Notes under the pieces: generated by a model
Databases searched by the model: none
Seen by the model: only the letters and a program-made list of their open reading frames with translations
Told to the model about the DNA's origin: nothing
In this document: positions 51,103-61,802 of the stretch, one piece after another
Numbering within the stretch: the stretch's first letter is position 1
Layout of the letters: each line of letters opens with the position of its first letter
Position numbers and translations under genes: made by a program
DNA from: Xylographa opegraphella
Taxonomy: Eukaryota
NCBI GenBank assembly: GCA_022813865.1
Contig: JALDZX010000047.1
Coordinates: forward strand, 62,001-126,000
Length of the DNA: 64,000 nucleotides
Reading direction: 5' to 3'

Positions 51103-54057
51103 TCAAACCCTCCTCCCCCCAGAATGTACATGCTCCCCCGTCCACGGATCAAAATGCGACGAATTGACCTCCTTCCAAGCCAACCGATCCCCCGCCTCCC
51201 CAGCGCCCGCTGGGCTCGGCTTCGGCACCGGCCTCAGAGGCGGGATGTCAAATTTCCCCGCGCGGGGGTCGCGGTACGGTGCGTTGGGCACGGCGGGCTT
51301 GAGGCCTGTGCGGGGGTTGGGAGCGGGGCATGCGGAGGGGGAGGTGTCGGGATGGCGGATGGGGTTATCGGTTAGGGGGTTGAAGGTAGTGGTGCCTTTG
51401 AGAATGGAGGTTGTTGAGGTATTGGAGGAGGGGTACTCGAGTGGTTGAGGGGGAGGCGGGCGAGGTGGGTACAGGTTCGGGGGCGCTGGTTTGGGTGATT
51501 CAGGGGTGGGAGGTTGGGGGTGTGTTCCTGCGTGGTCTGGGTCGGCTGGGTTGGGCCTGACGGATTGTGGAGGATACGTGAACGAGTTGATGTCGAATGG
51601 GAGTGCGGGGAGTGAGAAGAGGTGAAGTAGCGGTGGTTCGGGCAGAGGAAGGACGTCGGCTTGTGCGGGTTCGGGCGGGGGTTCCGGTTCAAAGAGCTCA
51701 GCTTCCGCCAGATCAGGTTGCCGAGATTCTTGGTCAGGAACAAACTCCGCAGGAGACTCTGGAAGCGGGTGATTTGAAGCCGAATATACTTGAGATGGAC
51801 ATTCTGATAGTGGAGTATGCTCGGGGAGCGGAATGGCCTCTGGAAGTAAAGCATCACATGGAAGTCTAACATCCTTCGGAAGTGAATTGTTTTTCGAGCA
51901 CGGATGACCCGGAGCCGAGAAGGTTTGCAGATATGGAGATGTTAGGCGTGGCCTATCCTCTGAAGGTGGAATTTTCGTTGGAAACGGTAGACATAGAGAT
52001 GACAATCGATCCGGGAATGAAGATTCTAGTAGTGATATATTATTCGGAAGTGGTATGTCTTGAACTGGAATATCCCCTGGAATGGCTAGACATGGAGATT
52101 GTAGTCTTTGACGAAATGGTGATTCTGGTATTGAAATATTCTCCGGTAGTGAAATATTCTCTGGCAGTGAAATATTCTCCGGTAGTGAAATATTCTCTGG
52201 CAGGGAAATATNNNNNNNNNNNNNNNNNNNNNNNNNNNNNNNNNNNNNNNNNNNNNNNNNNATATTCTCTGGCAGGGAAATATTTTCTGGCAGTGAAATA
52301 TTCTCTGGCAGTGAAATATTCTCTGACAGTGAAATATTCTCTGGCAGTGAAATATTCTCTGGCAGTGAAATATTCTCTGGAAATGGAATATCATGTGCGA
52401 ACCGAATGTCCTCTAGATATGTCAGACTCAGAGATGACAAGCTTTGCGAGGACGGAAGTTCTGGTTGTGGAATATGCTCGGACAGCGGAAGCTTTTTTGC
52501 AGACGGAAATAGCGAGCTGCTGTTAGTCGTTCCGGGATGTGTATTCAACCCGGTAGCATTGACGGTGGCCGACTTCGGTAAAGGATATTCCTCGCAGGAC
52601 GGAGAAGAGGGTACAGCAGAAGGTAAAGAATTTTCTGCCTGAGCGGTGGATACAGGCAGTGTGGTTTCCTCAGAAATTGGAGCTGCGAAGAGCGACACGA
52701 TCCCAGGAGCTGGACTTTCAGAATCTTGTTCGCTTGAGATCGTGCATTGCTGTACTGTATTCTGCGGAAGATAGCTAGTGCAAAATGTCGAACTGGTAAA
52801 GGGGCCGAAGCCAGTACTGGACCAGGGGACTATCGATGATATTATTGCTGATGCTTCGATACTGATAGGCTTGGGCCTAGGACTTCTCAATGTCGTACAC
52901 GTCACCGCGGTGGCTGAGGTCTGATTAAGAGACGTTGTAGCTGGAGTCAAGCCATTCAGACTGATTGTGTTGTTACCTCCGGAAGTCGGACGTAGTCCTG
53001 TAGACGCAGAATTCGAAGTACCCAGAGTGATGATGGTACTGTTAGAATAATATGTGGAGTACCATACTCCTGAAGATGAGTTTGTGTTATGAAAGTTCGG
53101 TGGCGGGGGAGTACGCAAAGGTCTGCCATATATTGAAACAACTTCTGCGTTCGGTTGGAGTTTTTCCAAGGATATATCTTGCAAAGGGTCGGTAAATACT
53201 ATGCTGGTATTCATAATATGTTTCTTATCAATTCTGATTGTAGAGGGCGTAGGCGTGATAGTCGAAGCTGTAATACTCAGTACATCAAATACATGCTCCA
53301 CTGCTCCTAAGTTTTCCATAACGTGCGTTTCTGATGAATATTGCTGCATCGTGGCGCAGACCTCTGCCTCAATCCTTGTTACCCCAGCGATCGTTTCTGC
53401 ACTGAGGGAGGTACAAGGTGACTGATCATTCGAACTCCATATGTTCATGTTTGTCTCTGCGGCTTGCCTTGCCACCTTCTCTGTACATAGATTTTGTACC
53501 CTTCCAGCCTCTTGTTCAGAGCCACTAATCATTATTGGACGCTCATCTACATCAAATGGTAGCCAGCCAGTTTGAGGATCAGTAGCGAGCTCATTAAGGT
53601 GGACATGATCGCTGATCGTATCCCTGGTGAGGATCTTACGACTTTCAGGAACTGTATCATCAACGTAGATATCGGATGAGATCTGCCGAATATGACAGAG
53701 ATTGCTACTATAGCCAGACCCTGCATCTGGGACGATGGGAGTCTTGGCTCGTAGGTCATCCACATTTCCACCCGCAGGGATTGCTCTTGTGCCTGTCGGT
53801 CTGTTATTTGCTGACGATATTGACGCTTCCGTCACCCCTCTGGGTAGCTTTGATAATCCATGTACCAAGGCCGCAGTTACACCGTCAGTATTGATGTCTT
53901 GTGCTGCATAGTAACCATTTCTAACAGCGGAATTGGCGCTTTCAGAACTCATTACTTCCGGAGCTGGTCCTAGTCGGAGAGGTAGGCTGAGCCCGTACTC
54001 AACGCAGTAGGAGCAGAGAACAAGGCAGAACCACATCACCGAACGTGAAGATACCAT
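51103..54057 (-). CDS. Large orphan, probably secreted, Ser/Thr/Pro-rich protein with ENISLP repeats
   Basis: About 985-codon ORF with an N-terminal hydrophobic segment, a Ser/Thr-rich middle, the repeat block and a Pro-rich C-terminus. Frame continuity across the N-gap is assumed. Confidence 0.65.
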   Translation of the reverse strand: MVSSRSVMWFCLVLCSYCVEYGLSLPLRLGPAPEVMSSESANSAVRNGYYAAQDINTDGVTAALVHGLSKLPRGVTEASISSANNRPTGTRAIPAGGNVDDLRAKTPIVPDAGSGYSSNLCHIRQISSDIYVDDTVPESRKILTRDTISDHVHLNELATDPQTGWLPFDVDERPIMISGSEQEAGRVQNLCTEKVARQAAETNMNIWSSNDQSPCTSLSAETIAGVTRIEAEVCATMQQYSSETHVMENLGAVEHVFDVLSITASTITPTPSTIRIDKKHIMNTSIVFTDPLQDISLEKLQPNAEVVSIYGRPLRTPPPPNFHNTNSSSGVWYSTYYSNSTIITLGTSNSASTGLRPTSGGNNTISLNGLTPATTSLNQTSATAVTCTTLRSPRPKPISIEASAIISSIVPWSSTGFGPFTSSTFCTSYLPQNTVQQCTISSEQDSESPAPGIVSLFAAPISEETTLPVSTAQAENSLPSAVPSSPSCEEYPLPKSATVNATGLNTHPGTTNSSSLFPSAKKLPLSEHIPQPELPSSQSLSSLSLTYLEDIRFAHDIPFPENISLPENISLPENISLSENISLPENISLPENISLPENXXXXXXXXXXXXXXXXXXISLPENISLPENISLPENISLPENISIPESPFRQRLQSPCLAIPGDIPVQDIPLPNNISLLESSFPDRLSSLCLPFPTKIPPSEDRPRLTSPYLQTFSAPGHPCSKNNSLPKDVRLPCDALLPEAIPLPEHTPLSECPSQVYSASNHPLPESPAEFVPDQESRQPDLAEAELFEPEPPPEPAQADVLPLPEPPLLHLFSLPALPFDINSFTYPPQSVRPNPADPDHAGTHPQPPTPESPKPAPPNLYPPRPPPPQPLEYPSSNTSTTSILKGTTTFNPLTDNPIRHPDTSPSACPAPNPRTGLKPAVPNAPYRDPRAGKFDIPPLRPVPKPSPAGAGEAGDRLAWKEVNSSHFDPWTGEHVHSGGRRV
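52126..52377 (-). repeat. 18-bp tandem repeat (GAGAATATTTCACTGCCA) encoding ENISLP
   Basis: About 11 units visible on the two sides of the gap. Confidence 0.95.
52212..52261. other. Assembly gap (50 N) inside the tandem repeat
   Basis: Run of 50 N flanked by repeat units. Confidence 0.99.
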
Positions 54058-57000
54058 GGCTTTTACCCCAGCCAAAATCCAAAGCACTGAGGGACGCTTC
54101 GGGTCTTGGTGACAAGTCTAGACAATCGGATCTCAATCCGCATTGCATGGTAATGTGCGAAACGTTTGTATCATCCAAACAAAAAGGAGTCAACTCAAGC
54201 TTTAGAAAACACAGCTCTGCAAATGCAAACCATCACTGCAAAATGATTGGCGACCGCGTATCGTGGCTGCAGAAGTGGACCTACAATTGCCACTATGCGT
54301 ACATACGTCAAGTCCGAGCTTAACGGTGAGAAGGTTTGCATCTTGGCCAAAGAAGAATCGGTTCCACGTTTTCGAAAGGCTTATCCTGTCTATGGCTCAC
54401 CGGTAAAGCGGGGTGGTAAGTCCTTATCTGTTCGAGGAAACTCCAGTATATATCTGTAGCTAGTCTTTGATTTCTTTTCAAACCTGTTTGCATCCTCCCA
54501 AGCCATACATGGTAGGGTTCAAGATTGAAAATTTTCGAGATCTGTGCACAATAGCGCATTCGCCATTCACAGCAACATATGATTGAAGCCATGTATAGCT
54601 GTAGCCGTACAAAAGATCCACGACGAGCACTCGGTCAATTTTCTCTACGCTCCGAACATCTGGAGTTGCCGGCCAGAAGTGTCTGCCCTGGTTGTATATC
54701 ATGTGCGACAATTAACGGAAACCTAGGAATAGCGGCGAGGTACTGTCTCTCATTTGGAATCGCCGAATTACCTAGGATCTGCAGGTGATACAGACGACAA
54801 GCTCTAACATGCCCAATGTTGTCGACTTCTTGCTCCAACTCACTCGGTAGAAAGACTCGCTAGGCACGATTGGTGCGCTACAGATTTCACGATGAACAGT
54901 GTGCGAATCTGGAGGTACTCGAAGCTTGGTCTGTTTGTGGCAGATCTGTTGTTAGCGATTAATCTTATCTCTTGCTTGATGCCCAAACGTATGATCCTAA
55001 TAGAAAATGTAGGCATCTTTTCATGTTATCTCACTGCCGAATAGTAGTCATGTTTGCTGAAAGATAGCCGAACTCCAACTACGCATAGTTCGGCGGATTA
55101 GTCCAAGGTATTCTTGAAAAAAATATAAGCCAAAAATGTCCCAGCACTGATACCAATTTGGTCACAAACCAGTCAGCCAAAGTTGACACATCTGTTACAC
55201 AATTATAAGGCCGCTCGTAGCTATGTATTAACTCACGAGCACCGGTCCCGTCGTCACATTAACGTGTCTTTATGAGGCAGTTGGTCAGAAAACGCATCTC
55301 AATTTGTGAGTGCTTTTTTCCAGTCCTCTTTCTTGTCTCTGCTGGCTCGGTAAAGTCAACAAGTATAGAGGCCACTTCAGGCTATTATGTCATGAGCTCT
55401 GTGCTGAATATTATGTATATTCAAGCCTACGAATTGGTAGGCGGACCTCATGGATCTAAGACTCTTGATAGGATGGCTGCATATCCTGAGAATCCACGCT
55501 GTGTTGGTAAGTCGAACCACGATCCTGAGCCCTGTGTGGGGATCGTGAGATGAATGCTGATTCTCTCATAGCCCGAGAGCCTGCATGCAAGCACTCGGAG
55601 TATAATGCATATGACATTGTTTCTATTTAGCAAGACAAGAACCTCACGAACGGGGTATGGGACGGCTATCTGTTAGACTGCCTTGTTAAATATCAATACA
55701 AGAAATCCGACGGCTATTTGTGGCATAATTGGAAAGGACTCAAGGGTAGTTGAGCAAGTGTATAAATGGACAATGTGTAACTATTAGACGCGTTGCGTAA
55801 ACAGTAACAGATGTGCTAAATTGCATGGAAAGTTATATCAACAAGCAGCTCAACGACTATAATACCTGACGCAGTCATATATGTAGCTATAATGGTGAAC
55901 GTGCTTATGTGCCCAAATGACCGCAATGTCGCAAAATAGCTCGGAAGGTATCCGCAAAGCGCGTCAACCACAGTCCGTAACTACTGGTAGACCGGTAGAG
56001 CTCGACGTTCCCGAAGAGTCAGATGAGCCATATCCCCAGGTAAGGAGGAGCGATGTAGCCCGTACTTGATAAGCTACTCACGAGCGTTGGCACTAGGTAA
56101 TCCAAGAAGGCTATGCCATTCCTTTCTCATGCTATTGAGATAGCTATCTTACCATTGAGATGTCTAAGACGTAACTGAGGTTTTCTTAATATACTCTCCG
56201 GGGCTGAGAAGAGTAATAGAGAGGAGCGTAAGTGCAATCGGACGACAAAAGTACAGAATATGCGGTCGTGATACAGATGCAGGGATATACAGTTAAGCGA
56301 ACGAGGCCAGCCAGGCGGAGAGTCTGATTGGTTGCCGAAACCCTCTCGCCTTCTTTGAGTCCTCATCTATAGTGCTGATTCGGAAGAGGTGTCATCCAGT
56401 GTACCTTTCGTGCAGATACATATACCTAGCAGAGAGATCATGCCTGAATGCCTCATATCCCAGCAGTTTTGTCACCAATGAGTCTCTAAACCTTGCTGAT
56501 CCACGTCTAGGAATCGTGCCCGCTACGTGGGAGTATACCTGATGAAGTTCGGATTGTTCGAGCCTCGCTTTCGCCGAGGAATGATCATGAACACTGACGA
56601 AACTCCTATTGTTGAAGTTATCGTCATATCATCACTGCAGTGAATAGGAACTGTTGCCCTCACCATCAGTGTCAACAGGAGTAATACTGAGGCCTGGGGC
56701 TGAATCGCTTTCTTTGAGAAGTAGCGGAGTGTGAGGCGTGGTGGTGATATGCTATTAAGCACTTAACCCTACCCTTACTCCATTTATAAACCCTGGCTTA
56801 ATTTTTGACATAATTATACCAGACAGATCATGGAATAAGTGTATAAGTGCTGCGTACAACCACACGAGCCAGCCGACAGTCTGCTGTTATTCCATCGTGA
56901 CGAAACGTTCAATGTTGTGCTGCTGTAACTGCGGCATTGTTCCTGAGCCGTCTCAGTAATTCATGGCTGTTGGTGGCGTTGCCGAGATAGATGTAGAATG

Positions 57001-57605
57001 AATATCTGGGATTAAGTTTGATTGCTTTCATTGATTTATTTAATCAGCCGGCAATCAAATTTTATTGCTTCGCTGTTGTAAATCCGAGATACGGTGCAAG
57101 TGAAGAGTATTGAGACTTTCATCCTAGTTCCAACCTGTTGGGAGAGATCTCGATATCTGCTTTCGCCGGCGGTTGGGATTGATACCTGTGATGTAGAGGC
57201 CCAGATGATAAGTTCTCGTCGCCGACAAACTTCAAGACTACTCGCGCTCATATTCACGCTACCATTTAAACCCCGACAGGTTTGAAAGTGTTTGAATCTA
57301 AGAAGCAGCGAGATGTACAAAAAAGAGTAGAGACAGCCAAGTGCTTCCTGATATATAGTGTTGTACCTCGACCAACCTATATTTAGGAATCGTATAACAG
57401 GACGGAGGACTTCCGCAGCCGGCGCGCCAAACACCATCCCTATCCCTTGTCAAAGTCCCTCCATTTTGTGTACATATAGCCCCGTACATAAGAATCGTAA
57501 AATCCAGCGCAAAAGAAACCGCCTGTGGGACCCTCCAACATTAATGGACAATACCTGTGTAACGTAAAGGTATTTTGGATAGGACGCATAAGAATAGGTA
57601 CAAGG

Positions 57606-59409
57606 TTATGCTTGCTTTTTCTTCTGTTTGTACCGCACGCCGTGCGAGATGAGGAGATACTTCTTGAAGAAATCCTCGGCGAAGTCGTCAAAGGCTTCGT
57701 AGTCGGCACCAATGCGGTAGGCGGCGGCAATGCCAGAGACGCAGGCGAGTTCGTGCATATTCTATGAGAGGTCAGCTATGGTTTACTTGCAGAGCGAGAT
57801 GGCTTTGGAGGAGGGCAAGGTTGGGGGGCTTACAACAAGTGTCCACGAGCCGGCATACCAAGTGTGGTTCCTGCCGTTTATGAACATCATGCCCGGTACA
57901 ACCCGAAGATAATGCTGCCACCGATGGCCTAATTGATGCCACCACTTCTTTTCGATGATTTTGCTCTCATCGATCTGGTTCATGGTCCACAGGTGCTGGT
58001 TTGTCTTGTCGAGGAAGATGGACTGGAAGACGTGGCTGTCGTACGGCAAAGGTGCTTTGGTGCCGTCTTCATCCATACGGAACTGATGCTGATAGTTTGT
58101 GCAGTCGAAGGACATCTCGATCTTTTTGGGATCCTCGGGATAGCTGTGAGTGAAATACATGGGTTTGTACCCAGTGGGCTCTCCTCCTGGACCGGGGGTG
58201 TCGTTTTTTGCAAAGCTAATCTGGTCTTCTTGCGCTGTAGACTTAGGTCGAGCGGCAAGGTCTGGATCGAACTGCGTCTCGTAGATTTTCTGAAAGTAAT
58301 TGATGTCGGAGTGTGTCACCGTGATATCATCGTAAAATCTCGCGCCTCCAAGGACAAACTTCTCCCTCCAAGTTGCTGTTTTGCCAAGCAGTCTCTTGGC
58401 GTCGTCCGCCAGGATAGCAAGGACCATCTCATCGAATGTCTCAGTAGTCGCAGCTGGTCCGGTATGGTCACCCGCTCGGTTCCGCAAGTCGGCATCGAAC
58501 GGTCGTGTCCGAAGTACCACCCCTCTTTTACTTCGTTCTACAATAGCTGTAACATCGGTGGCGAGGCGGATGTCTACGCCTTTGGAACGTAGATCAGTAC
58601 ACCAGTCCCTGTAAAATTGGTCAAGGTTTGGAAATGTCACCATAGTCGGAAGGTTTGGGAGTAGAGTGTCCGGGTCATAGTCCCAGAGCTTCATATTAGG
58701 ATCATCGAATAGTCTCTCGAGAATAGCGCAAGACACATTCGCGGTCTGGTTCCCTATGTCAAGTCAACGATCTTGATGAAGTGATTTCGGGCTGAAGAGG
58801 CGCACCAGTACCAAGAAACAGCGCAATCAGCGGAAAAACCATCTTGTCTCCAAAATCCTTACTGAAGAAGAACATGCGAAGCATAGTCTTGATCGGGACA
58901 ATTCCAAGTACCGGCATGGTGTACTTGATGATCTTCAGCACCTTTCCGAACTTCTTGATGTCGGCCGAGTGCTGCTCGACCAGGTGGCTCGGAAAGACGT
59001 TCGTCCAGAAACCATCGGCACCTTTGCCGAATGCAACCTGAAGCTTGACTTCGTGTGGCTCGTGCCCGTAACGACGGAAGAAGTTGAAGGTATGTCGGAA
59101 AATGGGTGAGCCGCCCTGGACGCCATCGTTGAGCCAAGAGGCTCCGTATTTCTTCTTATCCAAACTTATAGAAGTCGCTTGGCCACCGCAGACGCCCATA
59201 CGCTCGATAATCGTGACTCTGAATTTGTCCGGATGCTGTGCCAGGGTTGCAGCGCATGACTGCACACGGCGGTCAGTCGCGATGAAACACTGCAAAATTG
59301 ATCGCAGAAGATGGGAGATACTGACCATGCCTGCAGCGCCTGCACCCACAATGACGACATGCTTCTTCCTTCCATTGCTGAGCAACGCGTCGGAGGAGAC
59401 GCTCGACAT
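57606..59409 (-). CDS. FAD/NAD(P)-binding oxidoreductase (amine oxidase-like fold)
   Basis: Rossmann motif VVIVGAGAAGMS, ER...CGGQATS, WLNDGVQGG, ALFLGTG/NQT, YAGSWTLV/NMHELACVSGIAAAY. Three introns, the first at 59260..59325. Confidence 0.9.
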
Positions 59410-59695
59410 CAGATGAAGCGTTCAGGTGGCGAGAAGCTTGAGGAACGCAGATGCCAGAAGGGAAGTCGCATTTCGAGCTATTTTGTAGCTCCAAGCCGCC
59501 CAGCACACCCCTCCATGCTGCTTCCGACTGCACTTGACCAAGCGTGAAGTGCACAACGGATGGGACCCTGGAAGACCCCTTCCCCTCACAGCCAATCGCG
59601 GTCCTCCAAGTGCGGATATTGACGTCGACGGCCGATTAGCGAAGGCTTTCCGAGATCTGAAATCTACAGCTTAGCCCGGAAACAGGCTAGCCTTG

Positions 59696-59709
59696 ACGCG
59701 ACAACGCGT
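59696..59709. promoter_or_regulatory. MCB-like elements (ACGCGA, ACGCGT) in the divergent oxidoreductase/TDP1 promoter
   Basis: ACGCGACAACGCGT with nearby CCAAT boxes at about 59592, 59719 (reverse) and 59786. Confidence 0.45.
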
Positions 59710-59888
59710 GAACCTTCGATTGGCCTCGATCCCGTTATCGGAGCCGCTTCCGAATGAAATCGGCCTCACCATTAGGTTTCCTTCACCAATCACAGAATCG
59801 AGCTCTAGTGGGACAGTCTAGGGCAAATCGTCGTTAAAAGTTCTTAAGCTCTTAAGCGATTCGCTTTCAGATTCGGCACAACCCTCAT

Positions 59889-61802
59889 ATGAGTGTATGT
59901 AATTAATCTAGTCTTTGTATCCATCCGCTGATTGTGTGTTGTGTTAGAATAAGTACCGTGGGGGATGCTGTTGATATTGACAGTGGAGACGATGAATTGA
60001 AGCTTGCTATTGCGTTGTCGATGCAGGATCAAGCTGCAGTAGCACCGCCAACCAACGGAAATCTGACGAGAGACATTGTTGATATCATGGAGGACCTTAA
60101 GGGTGCATCCGACCAGAAACACGACACAATCGCCTCACACGTTGTGCCTACACATTATGGTATTCCTGGCCTCAATCGAAAAGCAATGGAAGAGGAGAGG
60201 CTGGCTCGCAAGAGAAAAGCACCCATCTCGCCGCCTCTGCGTGCTAAGAATCGGAAGACTACCGATGGCAGTGCACTGCAAACCCGTGATCGTCCGAGCT
60301 CTACTGCAACAGTAACAGCTACTAGTACCGAAGCAGGACCGCACGAACAGTCAGAGAACAGGAAAACTACATTGCAATTTCCTGCCGCTACGGTGAAGAA
60401 GACTTGGGCATTTGGCTTTCCACGCACCGGTGAAGACATTAAGTTAGAAGAGGTTTTGCAGCGTGAGGACTTGACCTTGGCAGTCCTGAGCTCATTTCAA
60501 TGGGAGGTCGAGTGGGTTCTTCGAAAGGTTGATACAGCGACCACGAAACTCATCATGGTTATGCAAGCCAAGGATGAAGCTACCAAGCAACAGTATGCTC
60601 GAGAAACCGCAGATATGACGAATCTGAGGCTTTGCTTCCCCTCTATGGAAGGACAGGTCAACTGTATGCACTCCAAGCTTATGCTTCTCGCTCATCCTAA
60701 TTACCTTCGCATTGTTGTGTCCACGGCAAATCTTGTGCCTTATGACTGGGGCGAAGGCGGTGTGATGGAAAACACACTGTTCCTCATCGATCTTCCACGG
60801 CATCTCAAGGGCTGCAGGACTTCTCCAGACGATCTCACATTCTTTGGTAAAGAGCTGATCTACTTCTGCCAAGCCATGGGACTTCAAACCGACGTTGTCA
60901 ACAGTATGTACGACTTCGATTTCTCTGCCACAAAGGATGTCGCCTTTGTCCACACTATAGGCGGTACTCATAGAGGAGAATCCGAGCCGTGGCGCAGGAC
61001 TGGATATTGCGGTTTAGGAAGAGCGGTACAGCACTTAGGCTTGGGTACAGCACAAGCTCTTCGGATTGACTTCATTGCATCTTCGGTAGGTGCTGTGAAC
61101 ATTGATTTCCTGATAATGCTTTACCTTGCCGCTCAAGGCAATGACGGCCTAAGAGAATACCAATGGCGGACCACTGCAGCTACGAAAGCTGCGCGTAAGC
61201 GAGATCACTCATGGCGCGATGAACTCATCGAGAATATCAAAAACAATTTCCGGCTTTACTTTCCATCTCGAGATACCGTCGTGCTGTCTCGAGGAGGCAT
61301 TGCGTGTGGAGGCCCAATATGTTTGCAACGCAAATGGTACAAGTCCTCAACGATCCTGCAACACATATTGCGTGACTGCAAGAGCACGAGGAAGGGTCTA
61401 CTGATGCATAACAAGGTGAGAGTGAACCAAGCTAATATATCTAATATGAACGAATGATCTAAATTCCGACAGCTTTTATATGTTCGACCGCAACCGCATT
61501 GCGGACGAGGAGCATCGTCTGGCAACTGTTCCGCTTGGGCATATATCGGTTCTGCAAATTGCTCGGAAAGTGCTTGGGGCAAACTCGTGCAAGACAAGGA
61601 TACGAAGGCGCCGAAACTGAATTGCCGCAACTGGGAGTGCGGCGTGATCATGCCAGCACGAGCTCTTGAGCAGGCCCCACGGAGCGATCATGGGCCTCCG
61701 ATGGACAATCTAAGTGTTTTCGCAGGCAGAGTCCCGATACCGATACAGTATCCTGGAGAAGAAATGAAGGACCGCACACCATGGTACTATGCAGAACAAT
61801 GA
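59889..61802 (+). CDS. TDP1: Tyrosyl-DNA phosphodiesterase 1 family protein with N-terminal UIM (start uncertain)
   Basis: CMHSKLMLL...STANL..YDW and LMHNK/LLYV...GSANCSESAWG...NWECGV (two HxK motifs); UIM-like DDELKLAIALSMQD; intron 61416..61472. Confidence 0.88.

Noticed and set aside
52126..52377. Repeat array as CRISPR or a RiPP/KEP precursor
   Set aside because: Head-to-tail units with no spacers in a eukaryote; no Kex2 sites between units and no tailoring genes nearby.
54200..57400. Gene-poor stretch as a transposon or pseudogene relic
   Set aside because: No terminal repeats or transposase/RT motifs seen; only short unrecognisable open frames.
4896..61802. RFC4, HUS1 and TDP1 as a DNA-repair gene cluster
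   Set aside because: They are spread over 57 kb among unrelated genes, which is compatible with chance.
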